64,000 nt of DNA, taken from IMG/VR virus record IMGVR_UViG_3300045988_115476; one strand, 5' to 3'. Both the position numbers and the translations under genes were made by a program. The stretch comes from a virus. A model generated the notes under the pieces. That model saw only the letters and a list, made by a program, of their open reading frames with translations. It did no database searches and was not told the origin of the DNA. Shown in pieces: positions 41,859 to 49,486 of the stretch (positions within the stretch are counted from its first letter, which is position 1; every line of letters begins with the position of its first letter).

Positions 41859-42113
41859 AATTTTGATAGAGATGGATTTTACGGACTATGATCCCCGCAA
41901 GGGTCTCCGATGTGAATCATATTTTGGTAAAGATTTACGATAAACAAAGAAATACAACGATATGACAGAAGAATATTTGAAAAGGAAATATGAAGAGCTT
42001 GAATCAATGAAAGATGAGCAAAGAACGGACTGCACGGTGATACTGCTTTTGTGTGTACTTTTGCTATTGCAAATGCTTTTTCTATTGCTTTTCGCCTTTG
42101 CTTGAATATAAAA

Positions 42114-42239
42114 ATGTATGACATATATCAAAGGCCTCGTGGTTACAACAAGGGTGGACGTTTGCGGACGGACGTCTGCCCAACTATCACGGAATCTGAT
42201 TGGCAACAGAACTGCTTCCTTATAGAGGAATTTTCATAA
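42114..42239 (+). CDS. C5-MTase TRD-like mini-ORF D (41 aa), directly upstream of core
   Basis: MYDIYQRPRGYNKGGRLRTDVCPTITESDWQQNCFLIEEFS*. Confidence 0.6.
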   Translation: MYDIYQRPRGYNKGGRLRTDVCPTITESDWQQNCFLIEEFS

Positions 42240-42257
42240 CTAAATATATCATCAACT

Positions 42258-43571
42258 ATGATAACAAAAATAAACTTCGAAGATAGAACCATTAAGAGCT
42301 ATGCCATACGCAAGTTTACGCCATTTGAGTGTTTCCGCCTGATGGGCGTGCGTGACGACGTTATCAAAGCCATGCAGAGCAACAATGCCCGGGCCGCAGA
42401 GATTGTTCCCGAGTACAAGGGGATGGGAAAGCCCGAAGACATGGCCATATCTGCCAGCCAGCAATACAAAATGGCGGGCAATAGTATCGTCGTAGATGTG
42501 CTTGCGGCCATATATGAGCAGCTGTGGTTTCCAAAGGCAACAAAGGCCAAGGGCGTGCAGTTGTCACTCTTCGAAGAAGAGACATTGCCCGACACTCCAG
42601 TAGAGGCCGATTCCGCCAACAAAGAGAAAGTCTTCCTGACCCTATTCTCTGGCTATGATTCGCAACTCATGGCAGCAGACGTTCTCCGCAAGCGCCATCC
42701 CGAGTTCAAATGGACGTGCGCAGGATGGAGCGACATTGACAAATACGCCTGCATGATGCACAACCTCGTATTTCCTCAGTATGCCGACAAAGCATTGGGA
42801 GACATTACGAAGATAGATTGGCGAAAAGTGAAGAATACCTTAGCGGGGAGGCAAATTGTAGATATGCTCACTTACAGTTCGCCTTGTCAAGATATTTCAC
42901 AATGTGGCAAGCAGATGGGGTTGAAGGAAGGATCCGGCACTCGTTCTGCCCTATTGTGGAACGTGGTGGACGCAATAGAGGTGTTGCGCCCCAAGTATCT
43001 GTTGCAGGAGAATGTGGCCGCATTGGTGAGCAAGAAGTTCATGCCCGACTTCCAGCGGTGGCTTGATAAACTCTCTTCGCTCGGATATGTGTCAAAATGG
43101 GCACGGCTCAATGCGCGAGACTATGGCGTACCACAAAACAGAGACAGAGTGTTTTGCTTAAGCATGCGAAAAGAAGTTGCCTTCAACAACCAGTTCCCAG
43201 AACCCATAGCACTTCAACGAAGATTGGAGGACGTACTTGAAGAGGAGGTGGCCGACCGATATTTTCTCAAAGATGATGCCGTAGGAAAGTTCCTTGAGGC
43301 CAACAACTCGGACAACGCCCTATTCGTTCAGTTTGACCTTCCACCAACACACGAGGAAGCAATGTTTCTCAAGACATGGCTCACCATGTGGATGCAATCA
43401 GCCGATGGTTGGGAAATGACATCCGTAAGTCTTCAACGCGCCCTTTGCTCCGCAAAGCAGGAAATGGAGTTGTCTTATTCCGTATTCAAGGACAAGGGGG
43501 TGACCGCATTAGGCGAAGAGTTTGAACGGCTATTCTCGAAGAATATGGAGAGGAAGAATGATGGAGTGTAG
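42258..43571 (+). CDS. C5-cytosine DNA methyltransferase core, apparently circularly permuted and TRD-less
   Basis: IRKFTPFECFRLMG...AGNSIVVDVLAAIYEQL (IX/X) precede VFLTLFSGYDSQ (I), YSSPCQDIS (IV), LLQENVAAL (VI), QNRDRVFCLSM (VIII). Confidence 0.88.
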   Translation: MITKINFEDRTIKSYAIRKFTPFECFRLMGVRDDVIKAMQSNNARAAEIVPEYKGMGKPEDMAISASQQYKMAGNSIVVDVLAAIYEQLWFPKATKAKGVQLSLFEEETLPDTPVEADSANKEKVFLTLFSGYDSQLMAADVLRKRHPEFKWTCAGWSDIDKYACMMHNLVFPQYADKALGDITKIDWRKVKNTLAGRQIVDMLTYSSPCQDISQCGKQMGLKEGSGTRSALLWNVVDAIEVLRPKYLLQENVAALVSKKFMPDFQRWLDKLSSLGYVSKWARLNARDYGVPQNRDRVFCLSMRKEVAFNNQFPEPIALQRRLEDVLEEEVADRYFLKDDAVGKFLEANNSDNALFVQFDLPPTHEEAMFLKTWLTMWMQSADGWEMTSVSLQRALCSAKQEMELSYSVFKDKGVTALGEEFERLFSKNMERKNDGV

Positions 43572-43749
43572 GATTACCCGCGTCTCGCCATTATTTACAC
43601 TTTCGGGTGGAGCAAACGGGCAAATGGTGAACGTGACGGACGGACATTGTTCGGCCACCATAACAACAAGATACGAGGCGATAGGCCCTACCAATATCAT
43701 CACGCTCGCCCACTATCCAATGACAGTAGTATTGTATGAGTTTGAATAA
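43561..43749 (+). CDS. C5-MTase TRD-like mini-ORF E (62 aa)
   Basis: ..VTDGHCSATITTRYEAIGPTNIITLAHYPMTVVLYEFE*; start overlaps core stop. Confidence 0.55.
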   Translation: MECRITRVSPLFTLSGGANGQMVNVTDGHCSATITTRYEAIGPTNIITLAHYPMTVVLYEFE

Positions 43750-43891
43750 GACAGTCGTAAACGCAGCAGGTGGGGGTATTACCCTTGTCCGAACGATAAA
43801 GGCAAACTACTTCAAAATGGGAGCGCAGAATTTGCTATTCACGAAGAGAAATAGTTTTTTGGCTACGGGAGTAATTTTAGAGTATGAATAA
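43736..43891 (+). CDS. C5-MTase TRD-like mini-ORF F (51 aa)
   Basis: MSLNKTVVNAAGGGITLVRTIKANYFKMGAQNLLFTKRNSFLATGVILEYE*. Confidence 0.55.
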   Translation: MSLNKTVVNAAGGGITLVRTIKANYFKMGAQNLLFTKRNSFLATGVILEYE

Positions 43892-43908
43892 ACAAAAACA
43901 ATGATAAA

Positions 43909-44277
43909 ATGATTACTATCAATAAAATGACAAACAAAGGATGTGTCCAAATTTATAGTGGCAACATCGATCTGACGGGAAAGCGCATCACCATGACATC
44001 CGACGGCTTCTTTGTGGACGGGAAACCGATTGTAGAGTTTGATGAGAGCGAGACACCCGTCCTGAAAATTGAGATAACGGGAAACGTTGAAAGCCTGACA
44101 ACAGAAGACGGAGAGATTACCGTGAATGGGCATGTCGGAACGGTTGTTTCAAAGGACGGAGACATCAAATGTCGGACGGTTGGTGGCAATGTGGAGAACA
44201 AGGACGGAGACATCTATTGCGGAAAAGTCATGGGAAACTGTTACACAAAGAACGGCGACATTTACTGCAACAAATAG
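43909..44277 (+). CDS. Repetitive beta-rich hypothetical protein embedded in the mini-ORF array
   Basis: SKDGDIKCRTVGGNVENKDGDIYCGKVMGNCYTKNGDIYCNK repeated strands. Confidence 0.6.
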   Translation: MITINKMTNKGCVQIYSGNIDLTGKRITMTSDGFFVDGKPIVEFDESETPVLKIEITGNVESLTTEDGEITVNGHVGTVVSKDGDIKCRTVGGNVENKDGDIYCGKVMGNCYTKNGDIYCNK

Positions 44278-44279
44278 GT

Positions 44280-44421
44280 GTGAATAATGTGCGAACAATA
44301 AACTGCCCCCCAGATAAGTGCGACCATCACGGCCCATTACCGCAAGGAAGGCTTCGGGAACATCCTTCACGGGATGAGCTCGATGACCAAGGCACCAGCA
44401 ATATTGGTAGAATATGAGTAA
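44280..44421 (+). pseudogene. C5-MTase TRD-like mini-ORF H, frame-disrupted at a C6 tract
   Basis: VNNVRTINCPP (frame 0) then QISATITAHYRKEGFGNILHGMSSMTKAPAILVEYE* (frame 1) across CCCCCC 44306-44311. Confidence 0.45.
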
Positions 44422-44584
44422 CCGCAGTAGAATCACAACCAAGCTTCAGCCAATCATCCTTGGCTATTACAGTCCATCGCAGAACGGAATAGTCGTGTCG
44501 CCGCATGGTATAGCACATTGCCTATCTGGGGGGGGTAAAGGCCACGACGTGGATAAACCAAAAATATTGATTGAATATGATTAA
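44414..44584 (+). CDS. C5-MTase TRD-like mini-ORF I (56 aa) with in-frame G8 tract
   Basis: MSNRSRITTKLQPIILGYYSPSQNGIVVSPHGIAHCLSGGGKGHDVDKPKILIEYD*; G8 44528-44535. Confidence 0.65.
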   Translation: MSNRSRITTKLQPIILGYYSPSQNGIVVSPHGIAHCLSGGGKGHDVDKPKILIEYD

Positions 44585-44765
44585 AAAAACTAATCACGAG
44601 TGGTTGCAAATCGGATGTATCTGCGTAGGTCGTCTGATTCCTCCAACACCAGGATGGCATGAGCTGTGCCTTCGCATTTATTCACCTCGTGGTTGCAGCC
44701 CCTGCATCCCAGCAAGAGCAGCAGACGCAACCGTCTGTCCGAAAATACTCATAGAATATGCTTAG
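44577..44765 (+). CDS. C5-MTase TRD-like mini-ORF J (62 aa)
   Basis: ..WLQIGCICVGRLIPPTPGWHELCLRIYSPRGCSPCIPARAADATVCPKILIEYA*. Confidence 0.65.
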   Translation: MIKKTNHEWLQIGCICVGRLIPPTPGWHELCLRIYSPRGCSPCIPARAADATVCPKILIEYA

Positions 44766-44922
44766 AAAGAATACCAGGTTAGAGATAATGTTTCAGCATG
44801 GTTTCCGGCCATCGCATGGAATGTGGATAGACACATACAACCAGCAGTTTGGTAGGATTGTCACATTCACCATTCTTTCGACGGTTGGAAAGAATAACTA
44901 TTTTGTGGTAAAAGAGCTATGA
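44758..44922 (+). CDS. C5-MTase TRD-like mini-ORF K (54 aa)
   Basis: ..MWIDTYNQQFGRIVTFTILSTVGKNNYFVVKEL*. Confidence 0.55.
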   Translation: MLRKNTRLEIMFQHGFRPSHGMWIDTYNQQFGRIVTFTILSTVGKNNYFVVKEL

Positions 44923-45068
44923 GAAAATTGATTCCGTTCGTACAAAGAACCTCACGGGTATATCCGAGGCAAGGCTACTCAACGGCTATCTCCGCACGAT
45001 ACGACGGTTGGGCCGGCCTTTACGACATGCACGGGCAGCACACGATCATATTGGTAGAATATGGATGA
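44919..45068 (+). CDS. C5-MTase TRD-like mini-ORF L (49 aa)
   Basis: MRKLIPFVQRTSRVYPRQGYSTAISARYDGWAGLYDMHGQHTIILVEYG*. Confidence 0.55.
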   Translation: MRKLIPFVQRTSRVYPRQGYSTAISARYDGWAGLYDMHGQHTIILVEYG

Positions 45069-45459
45069 ACAGATTGTAACAAAAACGAACTTGCGGAGCG
45101 CATTGTGCGCCTCCTGCCAAAGCGCACACACCTCGTGGATTTGTTTTGCGAGGAAACAAGAGAGTGCAGCTTAGTTTGTTCTAAACAAAATTGCACAAAT
45201 CTTCAAAAGTGTGCAATTTCTGATTATACGGACTGATTGAAATTACCAAATACCTTATTTCGTTTTATGTCTATTTAAGTGGCGGGGGATGCGTGAGCAC
45301 CTCTCGCCATGCTTTTAGTATGCTCGTACTAAAGAACATGTTAGCCAAAACGCCGTTTCCTTAACACGTTTCATGCAACATGTTAAGGAAATGACATTTT
45401 GTTAACATGATAACTCAAACAGATTACACCTTGCCATGGTTGTGATTAGTGTTTACCTC

Positions 45460-46665
45460 CTAATCGGTCCTGCTTAGGGCCAAGTCGGCATTGAGCGCAT
45501 TGATAACTTTCCTGTTGGCCTCATCTATCTTTCGGTTGTCGAAATTGATGTATAGGTCAGTTGTCGTCGAATCCCATTCGCTATGGCCGAGGGCCTTTCC
45601 TATCACCTCCTTCGGAATGTCAAGGCTGGCCGCTATCGTGGCCCATGAACGCCTGGCCGTGTACCACACAATATCATCGTGCAATGGCTTCAACTGCTTC
45701 TTGATAAGTGCGCCCCTGCGATTCTTCACCAATTCTACCTTTCCTATCCTCTTGATGTAGTCTCCAAGCCGTCGCTTGAAACTCGACAACTTTGTGCCAT
45801 CATCCAGGAAACGAACAAGATGCTTCGTACCATGGTACTTGTTGATAATCTCCAGGGCCTCGGGCTCTACCTTGATGTCGTACAGACGGCCCGTCTTCTT
45901 GCGTCGATATACAATGCGTCCGTGCTTGATAGCATTCGCTGGCAGCTCAAGAAGGTCAGAAAGATTGATGCCGATAAGATAGAATCCGAGCAGGAACATG
46001 TCACGGTACTTCTCCATGAAATCCTCTACCTCAATGTCTCTGTATTCGCGCATCTCCTCTATGGATAGGTACAGAAACTTTTGTCGTTCCGTCTTGATGG
46101 TGAACTTGCGGAACGGGTAATTCTTCGTTTCCTCGTTGTCTATGGCCCAGTTGAATACGGCCCGCATGTTGCGGAAGTCAATGGCAATTCCATTCATCTT
46201 GCGGCCACGCATGATTTCGTGTGCCAAGAAACCGTCAAGCCACCTACGGTCAATATCATCGATCAATGCCTTTTCGTCGTACATGACCAGCCGCTTTCTC
46301 GTAGTCTCATAGATACCACGGGTGCTTTCGTTGGTCTTTGTCTCCATAAACTCCTCGAAGTAGTGGACGAGTGATTGTCCCGACTGAGGCTCCTCGCCGT
46401 TAATGATAGCTTTGATATTGCGCCTCATCAACTCGAAGGGTTCATTCAGGTGTTTCTCCATATATGCGTCTATGGAGGAATAGAGACTTGCAAGGCGTGC
46501 CGTCTTTGCCGTACTGTTTGGCGTACTGTTTGGAAACACGAGGCCCGAGAATTTTTCGCTACTCCTCATGCCAGTACTTACTTGGAATCTTTTCTTCTTG
46601 TAAGAAATAATGAAGTACACACAATTCGTCTTTCCATCGACGTATGGCTTAATGCTCGTTATCAT
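45460..46665 (-). CDS. Tyrosine recombinase/integrase
   Basis: 401 aa, C-terminal RRSWATIAASLDIPKEVIGKALGHSEWDSTTTDLYINFD. Confidence 0.93.
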   Translation of the reverse strand: MITSIKPYVDGKTNCVYFIISYKKKRFQVSTGMRSSEKFSGLVFPNSTPNSTAKTARLASLYSSIDAYMEKHLNEPFELMRRNIKAIINGEEPQSGQSLVHYFEEFMETKTNESTRGIYETTRKRLVMYDEKALIDDIDRRWLDGFLAHEIMRGRKMNGIAIDFRNMRAVFNWAIDNEETKNYPFRKFTIKTERQKFLYLSIEEMREYRDIEVEDFMEKYRDMFLLGFYLIGINLSDLLELPANAIKHGRIVYRRKKTGRLYDIKVEPEALEIINKYHGTKHLVRFLDDGTKLSSFKRRLGDYIKRIGKVELVKNRRGALIKKQLKPLHDDIVWYTARRSWATIAASLDIPKEVIGKALGHSEWDSTTTDLYINFDNRKIDEANRKVINALNADLALSRTD

Positions 46666-46862
46666 AATTTATACAGGTGTTTTTTCACTGATAATCAAAC
46701 CTGCCGTTTTTTACTCACAGATTTACCCACAAAATCGCCAGATTTAGCCACGTTTATGATGGGTTATTTGCCAAATTTTCCGTATGAATATAGCTGTTTT
46801 CTGATTTCTTTTTTACAGAGAAATTTTGTAAGGTGTTGATTTTCAGTGTATTCCTGCTAAAG

Positions 46863-46890
46863 AGCGGAATACGGGAGTCGAACCCGCCTC
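46863..46890 (-). other. tRNA 3'-end-like sequence, candidate attP core
   Basis: Minus strand GAGGCGGGTTCGACTCCCGTATTCCGCT (T-arm + acceptor 3' strand) upstream of the integrase gene. Confidence 0.5.
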
Positions 46891-47061
46891 CTCGGCTTGG
46901 GAAGTTTTTACGTCTCCCGAAAATACGCTTATTACCAGGGGTTTACGTTATCAATAGAATACCTACTCACAGTTTGCTCACACCTCGTGCGAACGACTTT
47001 GGAAAGCGTACATGGAGTAAGACCTCCATGCTACGCTCGCCAAAAGTTAGTCTAAGTATCT

Positions 47062-47709
47062 TCATGGAGCACGTATTGACAATCTTCCAAGAACCTTGTA
47101 AATTTTCTTGATTGAAGATTTCAAAACCTCTTGATCCTCGTAATCCTCATTGTGAGAATGAAGCGTAAGATGCTCCGGGTCTTTTCCAACACGAATCACC
47201 TTGATAGTACGAAGGTCATTGGTTGTCTCTATGGCATATATTTCATTCATTGGCATGAATACTTTCCAGTCGGACACCTCCTTGAGCGCAATGATGTCTC
47301 CATTGTTGATGGTAGGGCTCATGGCATCTCCACTTGTGCGAACCCACATGTCTGCCGCCTCATATCCAGGAATGGATATATATCGGACCTGGGCAGAATG
47401 TTTCTCACCAAGCAAATCGCCAAACCCAATGGCGAAGTCAACATCATAGTATGGCACGCCAGTACAAGCTCCGATTTGATCACTTGCCTCTTCCTTGACG
47501 TACTTTTCGCCAGATCCATTCAGCAACCAAGCCTTGCTCACACCAATGGCGCTGCTTATCTTATCAATGTCCTTGCGAGTAATTGACTGTTCACCGCGCA
47601 TCTTTCTTGAAAAGTTTGAGGGGTCAATCCCGACAATCTTTCCAAACGAGTTTGCTGCCACGCCACTTTCGCGCACCAGCTCCTTAATTCTTTCTCTCAC
47701 CTCTTCCAT
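47062..47709 (-). CDS. CI/LexA-like repressor (HTH + S24 peptidase domain)
   Basis: HTH SFGKIVGIDPSNFSRKMRG; RTSGDAMSPTINNGDIIALKE. Confidence 0.9.
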   Translation of the reverse strand: MEEVRERIKELVRESGVAANSFGKIVGIDPSNFSRKMRGEQSITRKDIDKISSAIGVSKAWLLNGSGEKYVKEEASDQIGACTGVPYYDVDFAIGFGDLLGEKHSAQVRYISIPGYEAADMWVRTSGDAMSPTINNGDIIALKEVSDWKVFMPMNEIYAIETTNDLRTIKVIRVGKDPEHLTLHSHNEDYEDQEVLKSSIKKIYKVLGRLSIRAP

Positions 47710-47790
47710 GTTAATATCTTTAAATTACTTAACGCCATTCGAAGCGTGATGTTAATTACCGTTAAGCCGTCTGACTTTTACCATGTAAAA

Positions 47791-47822
47791 TTTGGCACGA
47801 AGTCTGACTTTTCGTAAATTTG
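47791..47822 (+). promoter_or_regulatory. Early rightward promoter with flanking direct repeats
   Basis: TTTG 47791-47794, 20-nt spacer, TAAATTTG 47815-47822; direct repeat GTCTGACTTTT at about 47769 and 47802. Confidence 0.75.
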
Positions 47823-47976
47823 CACCGTGCTTTTGAGAAGTACAAAGATACAAAAGGTTGGCTTTCGGTTTTTACACCTACTCCAAACATTTAGACACTG
47901 CAAAGATAGGTGTTCTTGCCAAACCTACCAAGTATTTTGGCTTTAATTTAGCAATGTTTAGAAATATAATAGTAAA

Positions 47977-48234
47977 ATGGTGGCAAACAAGATTCATATA
48001 GAAGACATAACGCAGATTGGCAGGTTCGGCACTCTGACCGTAACATTGCCAAATCAGGCTGCTGTTGCGTCAACAAAGAACCTTGTATCCTATGTCAAGA
48101 AGGCGTATCCAAGGGAAGACGGACTGACGTACTTCTGTCGAATAGATGGCAACACGATTGTTGTAGGAACGGTTAGGCCGGACACTATCACAAGAAAGAT
48201 GACGCTTGAGGAGATTAAGAAGGTTGCAGTATGA
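47977..48234 (+). CDS. Hypothetical early protein
   Basis: 85 aa. Confidence 0.55.
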   Translation: MVANKIHIEDITQIGRFGTLTVTLPNQAAVASTKNLVSYVKKAYPREDGLTYFCRIDGNTIVVGTVRPDTITRKMTLEEIKKVAV

Positions 48235-48431
48235 AGAAAAATGTTCGTGTCGAGGCCGTTGAAAAAATATGGCTTTCGCAGAAAGAGGTGGCAAAATATA
48301 TTGGGATGAGCCAATCGTATGTTGCCGAGTTGCGAAGAAAGGGACTTCTTCGACATTCAATGATAGGCAATGCGTCTTTCTTCAAGAAAGATGATGTTGA
48401 CAAGTTGTTAGAGCGACACAGGGTGTATTGA
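48231..48431 (+). CDS. Excisionase-like HTH protein
   Basis: IWLSQKEVAKYIGMSQSYVAELRRKGLLRHSMIGNASFFKKDDVDKLLE. Confidence 0.7.
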   Translation: MKKNVRVEAVEKIWLSQKEVAKYIGMSQSYVAELRRKGLLRHSMIGNASFFKKDDVDKLLERHRVY

Positions 48432-48439
48432 TACATACG

Positions 48440-48482
48440 GGCGGAAAAGGTTGGTCAATAGTGGTTCGATTCCACGTCCGCC
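48440..48482 (+). other. T-arm-like three-way-junction element
   Basis: GGCGGA; TTG-gt-CAA; GTGG-TTCGATT-CCAC; TCCGCC; ACAAA tail. Confidence 0.5.
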
Positions 48483-48738
48483 ACAAATTAAAAGTAAATA
48501 GTTCTTTGACTTGTTGGATTAAGTAAAGGCATAAAGGAAGTAGAGGATAGCATTATGTATGCCGTGACCCTCGAAAAGGACGTGCCTTTGCGAAAAAGAA
48601 ATATTTAGTGAATAACCATAGCGTCGTGGCCTAATCAATTCAGCGTATTCAGACTACAATGGAAGGTGCAGAATACTACTGCCAGAAGAATCGTCATTGC
48701 AAGTGTGTGCGTGATTGTTGATGAGACCATAGACGATC

Positions 48739-48809
48739 TGGGGTTAATGGTTTGCACGTTCGACTGTACAATGCAGTCGTTCGCGATTGGGTTCGATTCC
48801 CATGCCCCA
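48739..48809 (+). other. tRNA-like element
   Basis: TGGGG/CCCCA; CGACTG-TACAATG-CAGTCG; TGGG-TTCGATT-CCCA. Confidence 0.45.
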
Positions 48810-48907
48810 TCTGCTTTATTTATTATCAATGATATGGATTTACTTCTTGCAAAGCGTTGCATGAGAACCTTATTGTATAAGATTTGGTTTATGGTACATA
48901 TTTATTC

Positions 48908-48931
48908 CGCCTTGTCCGTGAGGATAGGGCG
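48908..48931 (+). repeat. GNRA-capped hairpin family, copy 7
   Basis: CGCC-TTG-TCC-GTGA-GGA-TAG-GGCG then TTTTT. Confidence 0.7.
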
Positions 48932-49153
48932 TTTTTAGAGTGATAACATTAAGAGCAACAATATATATAATATATAAGGACAAATTATGGACTTATAGCT
49001 ATTTCAAGACTGCCCCTGGTCAGAAAGCGAGGAATCGTTTGTCGCGCAGGGGGATTCCAACAGAATGGATATTTTTGGACATAACATTATAATATTGCAC
49101 AAAAACGATTTGATTTATTATGACCACAGCGGTGGCAATTGCATTATGTAAAG

Positions 49154-49179
49154 AGTAGCCGTTCGCGAGAATAGCTGCT
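49154..49179 (+). repeat. GNRA-capped hairpin family, copy 8
   Basis: AGTAG-CCG-TTC-GCGA-GAA-TAG-CTGCT. Confidence 0.65.
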
Positions 49180-49194
49180 TGTTTTATCCCAATG

Positions 49195-49218
49195 GCGGTT
49201 GCCCGCGATGGTGGCCGC
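49195..49218 (+). repeat. GNRA-capped hairpin family, copy 9 (divergent)
   Basis: GCGG-TTG-CCC-GCGA-TGG-TGG-CCGC. Confidence 0.5.
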
Positions 49219-49235
49219 TACTTTAATATAAAGTT

Positions 49236-49475
49236 ATGAAAATAACATATTCAATCAAGGTAGATAAGAAAAACGTGAGCATGTTGCGAAAACTTGAATG
49301 CGTCAAGGGAGTTGTAATAAATGCGCACACAAAGAAAATGGAGTGTTATATCGAAGAGACGAAGACACGAGGACGGACAACTGCAAGGCAGGGCGAATAT
49401 ATAGTGAGGTTTGCTTCTGGCGAATGGCAGGTGTTCGGAGGGCTATCTATGGAACGTGCTTTGTCAATAGATTAA
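49236..49475 (+). CDS. Hypothetical protein
   Basis: 79 aa. Confidence 0.5.
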   Translation: MKITYSIKVDKKNVSMLRKLECVKGVVINAHTKKMECYIEETKTRGRTTARQGEYIVRFASGEWQVFGGLSMERALSID

Positions 49476-49486
49476 CTATTCGTAAA

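Noticed and set aside
41250-45174. Diversity-generating retroelement
   Set aside because: No reverse transcriptase and no template/variable repeat pair seen; cassette array and homopolymers explain the pattern better.
45061-45174. Further TRD-like mini-ORF (MDEQIVTKTNLRSALCASCQSAHTSWICFARKQESAA)
   Set aside because: Follows the overlap pattern but its sequence lacks the TRD-like motif and EYE ending.
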